From positions 64,962 to 128,961 of the forward strand of contig JACQXK010000065.1 in assembly GCA_016208765.1 (NCBI GenBank): DNA of 64,000 nucleotides, written 5' to 3'. Below are positions 19,153 to 28,548 of the stretch, piece by piece. This stretch comes from Candidatus Omnitrophota bacterium (GTDB lineage Bacteria; Omnitrophota; Gorgyraeia; Gygaellales; Profunditerraquicolaceae). Within the stretch, counting starts at the first letter, position 1, and each line of letters opens with the position of its first letter. The notes under the pieces are model-generated. The model searched no databases, was not told where the DNA came from, and saw nothing but the letters and a program-made list of their open reading frames with translations. The translations under genes and the position numbers were made by a program.

Positions 19153-19960
19153 TATTTTGATTTTAGGTAAAGGTTATATCGGAGATAAACTGCGCTCAGT
19201 TTTAAATTGTAATATTTCAGGAGCAAAGATTGGCTCATTTAAAGAAGCTGAAAAAGAAATCTTGAAATATAAGCCAAAGGTAATTATTAATTGTATCGGC
19301 CACATCGGAAAAAATGTTGACTACTGCGAGCTGGATAAGGATAAGACTTTGTTTTCTAATGCTTTTTTGCCGGTTATCTTAGCCGAGGTTGCTTTAAGAA
19401 ACCGTATGAAGCTTGTGCACATTTCAAGCGGATGCATTTATAATTATGAATATGGGGTTACAAAGCCAATTACAGAGAATAAAGTTCCTGATTTTTTTAA
19501 TTTATTTTATTCAAGGAGCAAGATTTATTCTGAAAGAGCTTTGCTGCCGCTTGCGGATCGGTATAATATTCTAATTGCTAGAATCCGTATCCCCCTTGAT
19601 AATGTGAGCCATCCTAAAAATATTCTTAATAAGCTTATAAATTACAAAACGGTTATTGATATACCCAATTCTGTAACTTATATTCCTGATTTCGTAAAAG
19701 CTGTCCGGTATTTAATTAAGATTGATGCGAGAGGAGTGTATAATATTGTCAATAAGGGTACTTTGAGGTATCCTAAACTACTTGATGAATATCGCAAATA
19801 CTGCCCTGATTTTAAATATAAATTAATTAGTTACAAGAAAATGGGTTTAGTGCGCACAAACCTGATTTTATCTTCAGCGAAATTAGAGAACACAGGTTTT
19901 AAAGTAAGAAACATAGATGAGGTAATTCCAGAATGCGTAGAAAATTTCGTAAAATTTTAG
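19142..19960 (+). CDS. rfbD: dTDP-4-dehydrorhamnose reductase-like (RmlD family) protein
   Basis: RmlD substrate-binding-domain pattern ([11 protein letters not shown]...NVDYCE...HISSGCIY...YSRSK). Lies between rmlA and rmlB. Confidence 0.6.
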   Translation: MKSNILILGKGYIGDKLRSVLNCNISGAKIGSFKEAEKEILKYKPKVIINCIGHIGKNVDYCELDKDKTLFSNAFLPVILAEVALRNRMKLVHISSGCIYNYEYGVTKPITENKVPDFFNLFYSRSKIYSERALLPLADRYNILIARIRIPLDNVSHPKNILNKLINYKTVIDIPNSVTYIPDFVKAVRYLIKIDARGVYNIVNKGTLRYPKLLDEYRKYCPDFKYKLISYKKMGLVRTNLILSSAKLENTGFKVRNIDEVIPECVENFVKF

Positions 19961-20922
19961 TTACCGGCGGTGCTGGGTTTATTGGCAGCGCTTTTGTGCG
20001 GCTTGCGGTTAAGAAGGGCATTCTGCCTGTAATTGTTGATAAGCTTACTTATGCGGGGGATTTAGCGCGTTTAAAAGAAGTTGAATGTAAATACAAATTT
20101 TACAAGGTTGATATTTGTGATAAGCCTCGCCTTGAAGCAGTGTTTGCTAAAGAAAAACCGGATGCTGTTATTCATTTTGCTGCAGAGAGCCATGTTGATA
20201 GAAGCATAAAGGATGCCTCTCCTTTTATTGAGGCAAATATTCGCGGCACACAAATTCTTCTGGATACTGCACTTAAAAATAAAATAAAGAAATTTGTGCA
20301 TATTTCCACAGACGAGGTTTATGGAGACATAGAAAAGGGGAAATTTTCAGAGGAATCTCCGTTAAAACCAAATAGCCCTTATGCGGCCTCAAAGGCTGCT
20401 GCGGATTTGTTGGTAAAGTCGTATGTGAGGACATTTAAATTTCCGGCGCTAATTATCAGGGCAAGCAATAATTATGGGCCATGGCAATATCCGGAGAAGT
20501 TTATCCCGCGGGCAATCTTGACTGTCCTAAAGAACAAGAAGATTCCTGTTTATGGAAAAGGGTTAAACGTTAGGGAGTGGCTTTATGTAGAAGATTGCGC
20601 GCTTGGTATCTGGCAGGTTTTAAAAAGAGGAAAAATCGGAGAGGTTTATAATTTGGGGAGTGGCTACGAAGAAAAGAATATTCAAATAGCAAAAAAGGTT
20701 TTAAGTATTATGCAAAAGTGTTGGGTTGGAATTGAATTTGTTAAGGATAGGCCAGGACATGATATTAGGTATAGCTTGAGTGTTCAGAAAATCTTAAAGC
20801 AGGCCGGATGGCGTGCGCAGACTAATTTAGATGCCGGTTTAAATAAAACTGTTAATTGGTGCATTAAAAACAAGCAGTGGTTGTTTGGTAAATGGGAAGA
20901 GATTAATAAGCTCTACAAATAA
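19933..20922 (+). CDS. rfbB: dTDP-glucose 4,6-dehydratase
   Basis: Extended SDR with TGGAGFIGS and YAASKAAADLLV (YxxxK). 329 aa. Confidence 0.85.
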   Translation: MRRKFRKILVTGGAGFIGSAFVRLAVKKGILPVIVDKLTYAGDLARLKEVECKYKFYKVDICDKPRLEAVFAKEKPDAVIHFAAESHVDRSIKDASPFIEANIRGTQILLDTALKNKIKKFVHISTDEVYGDIEKGKFSEESPLKPNSPYAASKAAADLLVKSYVRTFKFPALIIRASNNYGPWQYPEKFIPRAILTVLKNKKIPVYGKGLNVREWLYVEDCALGIWQVLKRGKIGEVYNLGSGYEEKNIQIAKKVLSIMQKCWVGIEFVKDRPGHDIRYSLSVQKILKQAGWRAQTNLDAGLNKTVNWCIKNKQWLFGKWEEINKLYK

Positions 20923-21981
20923 ATGTCTGTAGTTATTGTTACTGGTTCCTGTGGTTTAGTTGGCTCTGAAGCGGTGAGCTTTTTTTGTGAAAAGAAATTT
21001 GATGTTGTGGGCATTGATAATAACATGCGCCGTAGTTTTTTTGGCCCTGATGGTGATGTGAGTTGGAACAAAAAACGTTTAAATAAACTTTACAAAAATT
21101 ATAAGCACAATGCACTTGACATTCGTAATGCCGAAGGCGTAAATAAATTATTTAAGAAATATTCAGGCGAAGCTGTATTAATTATTCATGCTGCGGCACA
21201 ACCTTCGCATGACTGGGCAGCAAAGTCTCCACAGGTTGATTTTGGGGTTAATGCCAATGGCACGCTTAATTTGCTGGAGGCATTTAGAAAGCATTGCCCG
21301 CAGGCGGTTTTTATTTTTACCTCAACCAACAAAGTTTATGGTGACCGCCCAAATTCACTGCCGCTGGTTGAGTTAAAGACAAGGTTTGAATTACCTCCTA
21401 AGCATGAATATTATGAAGGTATAAATGAATCAATGAGTATTGATAATTGCCTGCATAGTTTATTTGGGGCATCAAAAGTAGCTGCGGATGTTTTAACTCA
21501 GGAATACGGAAGGTATTTTGGTTTTAAGACAGGAGTTTTCCGGGGAGGCTGCCTGACAGGGCCTGCGCATTCAGGTACTATGCTGCACGGATTTTTATCA
21601 TATCTGGTGCGTTGCTGCATTACCGGAAAGAATTATTCAGTTTACGGCTATAAAGGAAAGCAGGTCAGGGATAATATCCATTCGCAGGATTTGATCAATG
21701 CTTTTTATCAATTTTTTAAGGCACCTCGTTCAGGAGAAGTGTACAATATCGGAGGAAGCCGTTTTGCAAATGTTTCCGTCTTGGAAGCAATTGAAATTTC
21801 TGAAAGAATCTGCAAAAAGAAAATGAATTACGAATATGTTGATAAAAATAGAATTGGTGACCATATCTGGTGGATAAGCGATGTCTTTAAATTTAAGTCG
21901 CATTACCCTGATTGGGATTATAAATATAATGTTGAGGATACAATAAGAGAAATTTTTGAGATGCAGAAGGGGGTAGTGTGA
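20923..21981 (+). CDS. NAD-dependent sugar-nucleotide epimerase, CDP-paratose/tyvelose 2-epimerase-like
   Basis: TGSCGLVGS Rossmann motif. [29 protein letters not shown] closely resembles the tyvelose-epimerase core. YGASKVAAD (YxxxK). Confidence 0.65.
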   Translation: MSVVIVTGSCGLVGSEAVSFFCEKKFDVVGIDNNMRRSFFGPDGDVSWNKKRLNKLYKNYKHNALDIRNAEGVNKLFKKYSGEAVLIIHAAAQPSHDWAAKSPQVDFGVNANGTLNLLEAFRKHCPQAVFIFTSTNKVYGDRPNSLPLVELKTRFELPPKHEYYEGINESMSIDNCLHSLFGASKVAADVLTQEYGRYFGFKTGVFRGGCLTGPAHSGTMLHGFLSYLVRCCITGKNYSVYGYKGKQVRDNIHSQDLINAFYQFFKAPRSGEVYNIGGSRFANVSVLEAIEISERICKKKMNYEYVDKNRIGDHIWWISDVFKFKSHYPDWDYKYNVEDTIREIFEMQKGVV

Positions 21982-23048
21982 AATATAAATTTATTTTAAT
22001 TACCGGCGGAGCTGGTTTTATCGGCAGTAACCTTGCAATTTCCTTTAAGCGTAAATACCCAAAAGTAAAAGTCCTTGTTTTAGATAATCTAAAACGTAGA
22101 GGCAGCGAACTTAATATTATCCGCTTGAAAGAAAGCGGAGTTTCTTTTTTGCATGCAGATATCAGGAATCCTGAGGATTTGGTTTTTGAGTGCCCTCCGG
22201 GATTACTGATTGAATGTTCAGCAGAGCCATCAGTAATGGCTGGAGTAGGAGATAACCCGCTGTATGTGGTTAATACAAATCTCACAGGAACAGTTAATTG
22301 TCTGGAGTTAGCCAGAAAAAGAAAGCTGGATGTGATATTTCTTTCAACAAGCAGAGTTTATCCTTATGGAGCTATTAATGAGATTAAGGCCCGTGAATCG
22401 GCGATAAGATTTGAATGGAGCTCCGGGCAGAAGATAAATGGCTGGTCAGTTGATGGGATTAATGAATCATTTACACTTGGAGGAGCAAAAACCTTGTATG
22501 GAGCAACAAAGCTTTGCTCAGAAATTTTATTACAGGAATATATTCAGAATTATGGTATTAAGGGCGTGGTTAATCGTTGCGGAGTTGTTGCAGGGCCATG
22601 GCAGTTTGGAAAAGTAGATCAGGGAATTTTCACTTTTTTAATGCTTGCGCACTTTTATAAAAAGCAAATAAAATATATTGGTTTTGGCGGGAAAGGCAAA
22701 CAGGTAAGGGATATTTTGCATGTTGATGACCTTCTTAGATTAATAGACCTGGAAGCTGGTAACATGAGCAAGGTTAACGCAGAGGTTTATAATATTGGCG
22801 GAGGTAACAACAGCAATCTCTCTTTAATTGAAACAGTAAGATTATGCGAAAAGATTACTGGAAGCAAAATGGAAATTAAGGGTGATTCTAATACTCGTCC
22901 AGGAGACATAAAGATTTATATTTCAGATAGCAAGAAAGTAGCCCATGATTTGGGATGGCAGCCGCAAGAAAGCCCCGGGGAGATTCTAGAAGATATTTTT
23001 AGTTGGATCAAGGAGAATGATTCTTTAGTTAAGGAGAGTTTGATATGA
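21978..23048 (+). CDS. second CDP-paratose 2-epimerase-like SDR (tandem paralog)
   Basis: [11 protein letters not shown] and [14 protein letters not shown]...YNIGGG, the same family as the preceding gene. GTG start overlapping the upstream stop. Confidence 0.6.
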   Translation: MKYKFILITGGAGFIGSNLAISFKRKYPKVKVLVLDNLKRRGSELNIIRLKESGVSFLHADIRNPEDLVFECPPGLLIECSAEPSVMAGVGDNPLYVVNTNLTGTVNCLELARKRKLDVIFLSTSRVYPYGAINEIKARESAIRFEWSSGQKINGWSVDGINESFTLGGAKTLYGATKLCSEILLQEYIQNYGIKGVVNRCGVVAGPWQFGKVDQGIFTFLMLAHFYKKQIKYIGFGGKGKQVRDILHVDDLLRLIDLEAGNMSKVNAEVYNIGGGNNSNLSLIETVRLCEKITGSKMEIKGDSNTRPGDIKIYISDSKKVAHDLGWQPQESPGEILEDIFSWIKENDSLVKESLI

Positions 23049-23311
23049 CCTCGGTCTGGCCATTAATCGGTGGGACTGCTGCTACCTTAACTATGTTTGG
23101 TTTTGTGCCCCAGATTCTCAAAGTGCTTAAACATAAATCAGCAAAAGATGTCAGCGTGATTACAATCTTACAGTTTCTTGTGGGCGTTTCTTTTTGGATG
23201 GTTTATGGCCTGTATTTGCAGGATTATATTATTATTGTGGCAAACGCAGTTACTTTATTAACTTTGGTTGTTTTGTTATTTTTGTATTTTTCCTATGGGA
23301 GGGAGCAATGA
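23045..23311 (+). CDS. SemiSWEET (PQ-loop, 3-TM) sugar transporter
   Basis: 88 aa with three TM helices and a PQ motif in TM1 (FVPQILKVLKHKSAKDVS). Strong resemblance to characterised bacterial SemiSWEETs. Confidence 0.65.
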   Translation: MTSVWPLIGGTAATLTMFGFVPQILKVLKHKSAKDVSVITILQFLVGVSFWMVYGLYLQDYIIIVANAVTLLTLVVLLFLYFSYGREQ

Positions 23312-24294
23312 AGAAAAGGAAGGCATTAATTACCGGTATTGACGGGCAAGACGGGTCATATTTATCTGAGCTATTGTTAGAAAAAGGTTACGGAGTTTAT
23401 GGGATCGTAAGGAGGGTTGCCCTTGAGGATCCTGAACATCATTTGTGGAGAATCAGGCATTTATTAAATAAAATTAATATTTATTCCGGTTCACTTGAAA
23501 GTTATCCGAGCATTTTTAAGGTCGTAGAGAAAGTAAAACCGGATGAGTGTTATCATCTGGCAGCGCAAAGTTTTGTCAGTTATTCTTTTGAGGATGAGTT
23601 CTCAACCATTAATACAAATATAAACGGTACACATTTTGTACTCTCGGCAATAAAAGAACGGGCGCCTAAATGTAAGTTTTATTTTGCAGCTTCAAGTGAA
23701 ATGTTCGGCCATGCCAAAGAAGTGCCGCAGAATGAATTTACACCGTTTCATCCGCGCTCGCCTTATGGGATTTCAAAGGTAGCTGGTTTTGATTTAACCC
23801 GTAACTACCGCGAAGCGTATAATTTATTCGCCTGTAATGGTATTTTGTTTAATCATGAATCTCCTCGCCGTGGTTTTGAGTTTGTTACTAGAAAGATTAC
23901 AAATACAGTCGCCGAGATAAAACTTGGGCTTTCCAAGGAATTGAAACTTGGTAACCTTGAGGCAAAACGCGACTGGGGATTTTCAGGGGATTATGTTTTG
24001 GCAATGTGGCTGATGCTACAGCAGGATAAACCGGATGATTATGTAATTGGCACCGGAGAGACTCATACTGTAAAAAAATTTGTGGAGCTGGCATTTGGCT
24101 ACGCTGGGCTTGATTGGAAGAAGTACGTGAAGAAGGATGAATTATTGTTCCGCCCGGCTGAGGTCAATGTGTTGCAAGGCGACTATAGCAAAGCAAAGAA
24201 AATCCTCGGCTGGAAACCCACGGTGAAATTTGAAGATTTGGTAAAGATGATGGTGGATGCTGATTTGGAGAGGCTGAAGAATAGGGTTTGTTAA
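23308..24294 (+). CDS. gmd: GDP-mannose 4,6-dehydratase
   Basis: MKKRKALITGIDGQDGSYLSELLLEKGY is the canonical Gmd N-terminus. The ATG at 23308 overlaps the SemiSWEET stop (ATGA). The ORF-track start at 23194 is rejected. Confidence 0.9.
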   Translation: MKKRKALITGIDGQDGSYLSELLLEKGYGVYGIVRRVALEDPEHHLWRIRHLLNKINIYSGSLESYPSIFKVVEKVKPDECYHLAAQSFVSYSFEDEFSTINTNINGTHFVLSAIKERAPKCKFYFAASSEMFGHAKEVPQNEFTPFHPRSPYGISKVAGFDLTRNYREAYNLFACNGILFNHESPRRGFEFVTRKITNTVAEIKLGLSKELKLGNLEAKRDWGFSGDYVLAMWLMLQQDKPDDYVIGTGETHTVKKFVELAFGYAGLDWKKYVKKDELLFRPAEVNVLQGDYSKAKKILGWKPTVKFEDLVKMMVDADLERLKNRVC

Positions 24295-24327
24295 AAATAT
24301 TAGTTGTGAGTTTAATGGCGTTAATCT

Positions 24328-24948
24328 ATGGAATATGTTAAAAGAATAAATTTTGAGGAAGAAAAAGATTTCCTAAACAGGATAGGCGATCCTAAGGGGA
24401 AAGTCATATTATCTATTGGAAATGGCAATATGGCGCCTTTCTTTGAAAATGTAATTATCTCTGATATTACTTTTGACAAAATGCTTAAGACATCCGGAAA
24501 CAAAAAAATTATAGACGCTCATAATATTGACTTCCCGGATAGTTCAATAGATGTGATTTATGGCTGGCAGGTTATTCATCATCTAAATATTGATTTATTT
24601 TTCCCTGAGCTTAAGAGAGTGCTTAAATCTGGCGGCAAGGCCGTATTTATTGACAACGCCTATTCTCCCAACTGGAGAATCATAAGAAAAATATTTCCAA
24701 AACACCCGGATGACCCCAGGGAAGATTTAAAGGAAGAATTTTTAGCATCTAAGGCAGAGCAATACGGATTATCTAATTTTTATTCTAGACGATATAACCT
24801 TTTTGCATACTTATTTCATAAATTCATGCGAAATATTCTGGGTATTAGTTTTACATTCTCATTTCTGGTTAAACTAGACAAGTTCCTAAGCAGGTATTCA
24901 ATTATAAGAAATAACCTGAGAAATATGGTTTGGAGCGTTGAAAAGTAA
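24328..24948 (+). CDS. class I SAM-dependent methyltransferase
   Basis: Methyltransf_11-like core (DVIYGWQVIHHL...LKRVLKSGGKAVF). Confidence 0.55.
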   Translation: MEYVKRINFEEEKDFLNRIGDPKGKVILSIGNGNMAPFFENVIISDITFDKMLKTSGNKKIIDAHNIDFPDSSIDVIYGWQVIHHLNIDLFFPELKRVLKSGGKAVFIDNAYSPNWRIIRKIFPKHPDDPREDLKEEFLASKAEQYGLSNFYSRRYNLFAYLFHKFMRNILGISFTFSFLVKLDKFLSRYSIIRNNLRNMVWSVEK

Positions 24949-26295
24949 ATGGTTATTACTCCCCTGGTTATCATCTATATAATTCTTGCTTTAATTGTTA
25001 TTGCTCGTCCACTTGCAATAATTTATTTGTTAGCTGTCGTATCGCCATTTTATGAATACTTCACTGAACTTTTTTATAAAATCCATATTTATAGTTTTTC
25101 TTTTACATTAAAACCCTTTCTTTTTCTAACATTATTGTTGATTTTATGTTCAATGAAAAGAATATTTTCCGGACAAAGGAAGGTTTTTGATGATCTTGCT
25201 CTTACGCATAAGTTTATTTTTTTAAGTTTTTCTGTTTTTTGTTTGTTTTCTGCTTTTTTTGCTTTTATTCAAAAAAGCCAGTATTTAACGGAAATAAATT
25301 TGTTTTTAAATATAAGTTTAATCTTCTTCCTGCCGATTTTTTACTGGAAAAAAACAATAAGATTGAATTATATTCTTAATATTCTAACTGTAATTGTTTT
25401 TTGCATTGCAGCTTATAGTCTTTTTTATTTTCTTCTACCGAATCCAGTGTATTTTAAGATGAGTAAACATCCTGGGTTTTGTACCTTTTTACTGTTAACG
25501 ATCCCCTTTGTTATATTAAATTATTTCTTTGCCAAGAATAGAATGATGGGATATTTTGCTTTGGCAGCAAGTTTATGTTCTTTTGTAGCCATTATTTTCT
25601 CGCTTACAAGAAGCGGTTATGTGGCACTATTGATTACATTGCCTTTTTTTATTTATTATTTATTTAGTTTCTCAAAAGCAAGCAGGGATATATCTAGAAA
25701 AATATTTATTTTTACTTCAAGTTTGTTTTTATGTGCTGTTATTGCTGTTTCTTTTTCTTCGCGAGTGAGGGGCGCTATGTTGTTGTCAAGATCTGTTTTG
25801 GTGGCCTCAGATAATAATATCTATAAAGATCCCCAAACAGCCCAAATAAAAAATTATTTTTTAAGGAATATGTATCTGGTATTGGCCCATGAGCGCACTA
25901 TTGTTTGGAGAAAATCACTTGAGTTGGTTAGGGCTTCGCCATTTAAAGGGCACGGATTAAATTACCACGTGGTCCCGGGTTTGATGGGCGCGCATAACAA
26001 CTTTATAGCCGTTCTAGTCGCATCAGGGATAGCTGGGTTTGTTTTTTTTATTTTTGGTTCTATGCTTCTTCTTGTTTTGCTATTAAAAAAGATAAAATCC
26101 AATTTAAATTGGGTCAAAAAGTCTTTCTTTTTGGCAGTTTTGATTAGTCTCGTTTCGCTTTTTGTTCAAGGGCTGGTCCAAACTATAATAAACGAATATA
26201 TAATTTGGTTTGTAATTTCGTTGTCCTTTTTAAATCAGCAATATTTGGTTCTGGATAACAAAGAAAACTTAATTTTAGAGAAGGAAGGCGCTTAG
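24949..26295 (+). CDS. O-antigen ligase/polymerase-like membrane protein (Wzy_C domain)
   Basis: About 12 TM helices. The SLTRSGYVALLIT loop and HNNF motif are characteristic of the O-antigen ligase family. Confidence 0.6.
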   Translation: MVITPLVIIYIILALIVIARPLAIIYLLAVVSPFYEYFTELFYKIHIYSFSFTLKPFLFLTLLLILCSMKRIFSGQRKVFDDLALTHKFIFLSFSVFCLFSAFFAFIQKSQYLTEINLFLNISLIFFLPIFYWKKTIRLNYILNILTVIVFCIAAYSLFYFLLPNPVYFKMSKHPGFCTFLLLTIPFVILNYFFAKNRMMGYFALAASLCSFVAIIFSLTRSGYVALLITLPFFIYYLFSFSKASRDISRKIFIFTSSLFLCAVIAVSFSSRVRGAMLLSRSVLVASDNNIYKDPQTAQIKNYFLRNMYLVLAHERTIVWRKSLELVRASPFKGHGLNYHVVPGLMGAHNNFIAVLVASGIAGFVFFIFGSMLLLVLLLKKIKSNLNWVKKSFFLAVLISLVSLFVQGLVQTIINEYIIWFVISLSFLNQQYLVLDNKENLILEKEGA

Positions 26296-26298
26296 AAG

Positions 26299-26991
26299 AT
26301 GGTTTCAGTAATTCTGCCAACTTATAATGAATCGGAAATTATCTTAGATTTAATTAATTCATTATTAAAGATTATAAAAGAGCCATTAGAAGTTTTAGTC
26401 ATAGATGATAATTCTCCTGATTTAACTTGGGGGATTGTAGAAAAATCGCATATTTCTAATGTGAGAGTTATAAGAAGAATGAATGAAAGAGGTTTGGCTA
26501 CGGCTATTGACAGAGGAATTAAGGAGTCAAAGGGTGATATTGTCGGCTGGATGGACGCAGATATGAGCATGCCTCCAAGCGTGATACCTGGGATGCTTTC
26601 TGCGTTAAGGGATGCAGATATTGCAATTGGGTCGCGTTATGTTCCTGGTGGTAAAGATGCGCGTGGGTTTTTCAGGGCGCTAACTAGCAAGATTATCAAT
26701 TGGTTTGCCGGGTTATTGCTGGGTTTTGACATAAGGGATTATGACAGTGGGTTTATTGTTCTTAAGAAATCAGTGTTTAGCAAGGTTAATTTTCCAAGCC
26801 ATGGATATGGAGATTATTTTATTGAGTTTATTTATAAATGCAAGAAAGCAGGTTTTAAGGTTAAAGAAATTCCTTATATTTTTACAGACAGAAAGCTGGG
26901 TAAGTCTAAGACACAGGCTTCTTTGTTGGGCTTCTTCAAACTTGGCTCTGGCTATATAAAAAGGATTATTGCAATAAGGTTTTCTAAGTAA
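26299..26991 (+). CDS. GT2 polyprenyl-phosphate sugar synthase (dolichol-phosphate mannosyltransferase-like)
   Basis: VSVILPTYNE...VIDDNSPD GT-A motifs. 230 aa soluble form. Confidence 0.75.
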   Translation: MVSVILPTYNESEIILDLINSLLKIIKEPLEVLVIDDNSPDLTWGIVEKSHISNVRVIRRMNERGLATAIDRGIKESKGDIVGWMDADMSMPPSVIPGMLSALRDADIAIGSRYVPGGKDARGFFRALTSKIINWFAGLLLGFDIRDYDSGFIVLKKSVFSKVNFPSHGYGDYFIEFIYKCKKAGFKVKEIPYIFTDRKLGKSKTQASLLGFFKLGSGYIKRIIAIRFSK

Positions 26992-27012
26992 TTTCTCAGA
27001 AAGGAATTTGTT

Positions 27013-27432
27013 ATGGCAGAATTTATTAAATCAAAGAAGGGAACGTTGATTGCTGTTATTTTGCCTCGTAAACTGGAAACCAAAGGAGTTACCTTTTTTA
27101 CTCCTCCTGATTTCTCTCAACAGGTTGGTTTATTGTGCCATAAAAAAGGAGCCGAGGTAAAACCGCACGTGCATAAAATAGTGCACCGTAAAGTTGCAAT
27201 TACTCAGGAAGTTCTGCACGTTAAAAAAGGAAAAATTGCCGTATACTTGTACGATGAAAACAGAACACTTGTTGCGACTAGGATACTAAAGAGCGGAGAC
27301 ACAATATTATTGGCAAATGCCGGGCATGGGATCAGGGTTTTGGAGGATAGCCTGATGCTTGAGGTTAAGCAGGGCCCGTATGCCGGGGTTGACGATAAGG
27401 AATATATTGAAAAAAGAAAGAAGCATAAATGA
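27013..27432 (+). CDS. small cupin-fold protein (WbuC- or FdtA/WxcM-like), possible sugar ketoisomerase
   Basis: 139 aa, beta-rich with a His cluster (HVHKIVHRK...H). Sits next to a DegT-family aminotransferase. Confidence 0.35.
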   Translation: MAEFIKSKKGTLIAVILPRKLETKGVTFFTPPDFSQQVGLLCHKKGAEVKPHVHKIVHRKVAITQEVLHVKKGKIAVYLYDENRTLVATRILKSGDTILLANAGHGIRVLEDSLMLEVKQGPYAGVDDKEYIEKRKKHK

Positions 27433-28544
27433 TACCTGTTAATCAGCCGTATCTTGGTAAAGAAGAATTAAAGAATGTTATTCAGTGTGTAAAAAGCGGA
27501 TGGATTTCCTCAAAAGGTCAATTCATTAAGCGTTTTGAAGAAGAGTTTGCTGAATATTGTGGAATGAAATACGGGATTTCTGTAACTAGCGGTACAACCG
27601 CGCTTCATCTTGCACTTTTATCTTTGGGGATTAAAGAAGGCGATGAGGTAATTTTGCCAACATTTACTATGGTTGCCTCGGCTTATGCGGTGTTATATAC
27701 AGGAGCGAGGCCTGTTTTTGTTGATAGTGAAGAGCGAACCTGGAATATGGATTGCGCGAAGATTGAAGAAGCAATCACTAAGCGTACAAAAGCAATTATG
27801 CCGGTACATATTTATGGGCATCCGGTTGATATGGATTCGGTGATGAGGCTGGCAAAGAAATATAAGCTTTATGTTGTTGAGGATGCTGCTGAGGCACATG
27901 GCTCGGAATATAAGGGCAGAAAATGCGGAAGCTTTGGTGATTTTGGTTGTTTTAGTTTTTATGCCAATAAGATTATTACAACTGGTGAAGGTGGGATGGT
28001 GGTCACCAATAATAAAAAACTTGCCGAGAGGGCAGAATTGCTAAAAGATCTTTCACATTCACCGGGAAAGCGTTTTTTGCATACTGATCTTGGGTATAAT
28101 TATAGAATGACAAATATGCAAGCAGCAGTTGGGTTGGGCCAATTGCACAAGATTAAATCTTTTATTAGCAAAAAGCGCCAAATGGCAAGCCAGTATTCTG
28201 AAGAATTAAAAGTAGTACCTGGATTGCGCTTTCCGTTTGAGGAGGATTGGGCAAAAAGCGTTTATTGGATGTATTCAATCTTAATAGAAGATAGTTTTGG
28301 CTTAACAAGAGATGAGTCCCGGGATAAATTGCATTCTCAAGGTATTGAAACGCGAACTTTTTTTGTTCCTATGCACCAGCAGCCGGTAATTCGTAAACTT
28401 TGCCCGGAAGCTAATAGAAAGAAATACCCTGTTGCTGATTATATTGCACAAAAAGGGCTTTATTTACCGTCGGGTTTGGCTATAACAAAAGGCGAGATTC
28501 ATAGAGTTTGTAATGTTATCAAAAAGATAAAGAAGAGCATTTAA
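27429..28544 (+). CDS. DegT/DnrJ/EryC1/StrS family PLP-dependent sugar aminotransferase
   Basis: AEAHGSEY...FSFYANKIITTGEGGMVVTN, with the PLP lysine in NK. Confidence 0.85.
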   Translation: MIPVNQPYLGKEELKNVIQCVKSGWISSKGQFIKRFEEEFAEYCGMKYGISVTSGTTALHLALLSLGIKEGDEVILPTFTMVASAYAVLYTGARPVFVDSEERTWNMDCAKIEEAITKRTKAIMPVHIYGHPVDMDSVMRLAKKYKLYVVEDAAEAHGSEYKGRKCGSFGDFGCFSFYANKIITTGEGGMVVTNNKKLAERAELLKDLSHSPGKRFLHTDLGYNYRMTNMQAAVGLGQLHKIKSFISKKRQMASQYSEELKVVPGLRFPFEEDWAKSVYWMYSILIEDSFGLTRDESRDKLHSQGIETRTFFVPMHQQPVIRKLCPEANRKKYPVADYIAQKGLYLPSGLAITKGEIHRVCNVIKKIKKSI

Positions 28545-28548
28545 AATT

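Noticed and set aside
23194-23307. ORF-track N-terminal extension of gmd (start at 23194)
   Set aside because: The extension lies wholly inside the SemiSWEET gene in another frame and encodes a hydrophobic, low-complexity peptide. The canonical Gmd N-terminus begins at the ATG at 23308, which forms an ATGA overlap with the SemiSWEET stop.
23045-23311. GtrA-like polyprenyl-phosphate-sugar flippase instead of SemiSWEET
   Set aside because: GtrA-family proteins are about 120 aa with four TM helices. This protein is 88 aa with three TM helices, a PQ motif in TM1 and strong similarity to known SemiSWEETs. Some uncertainty remains.
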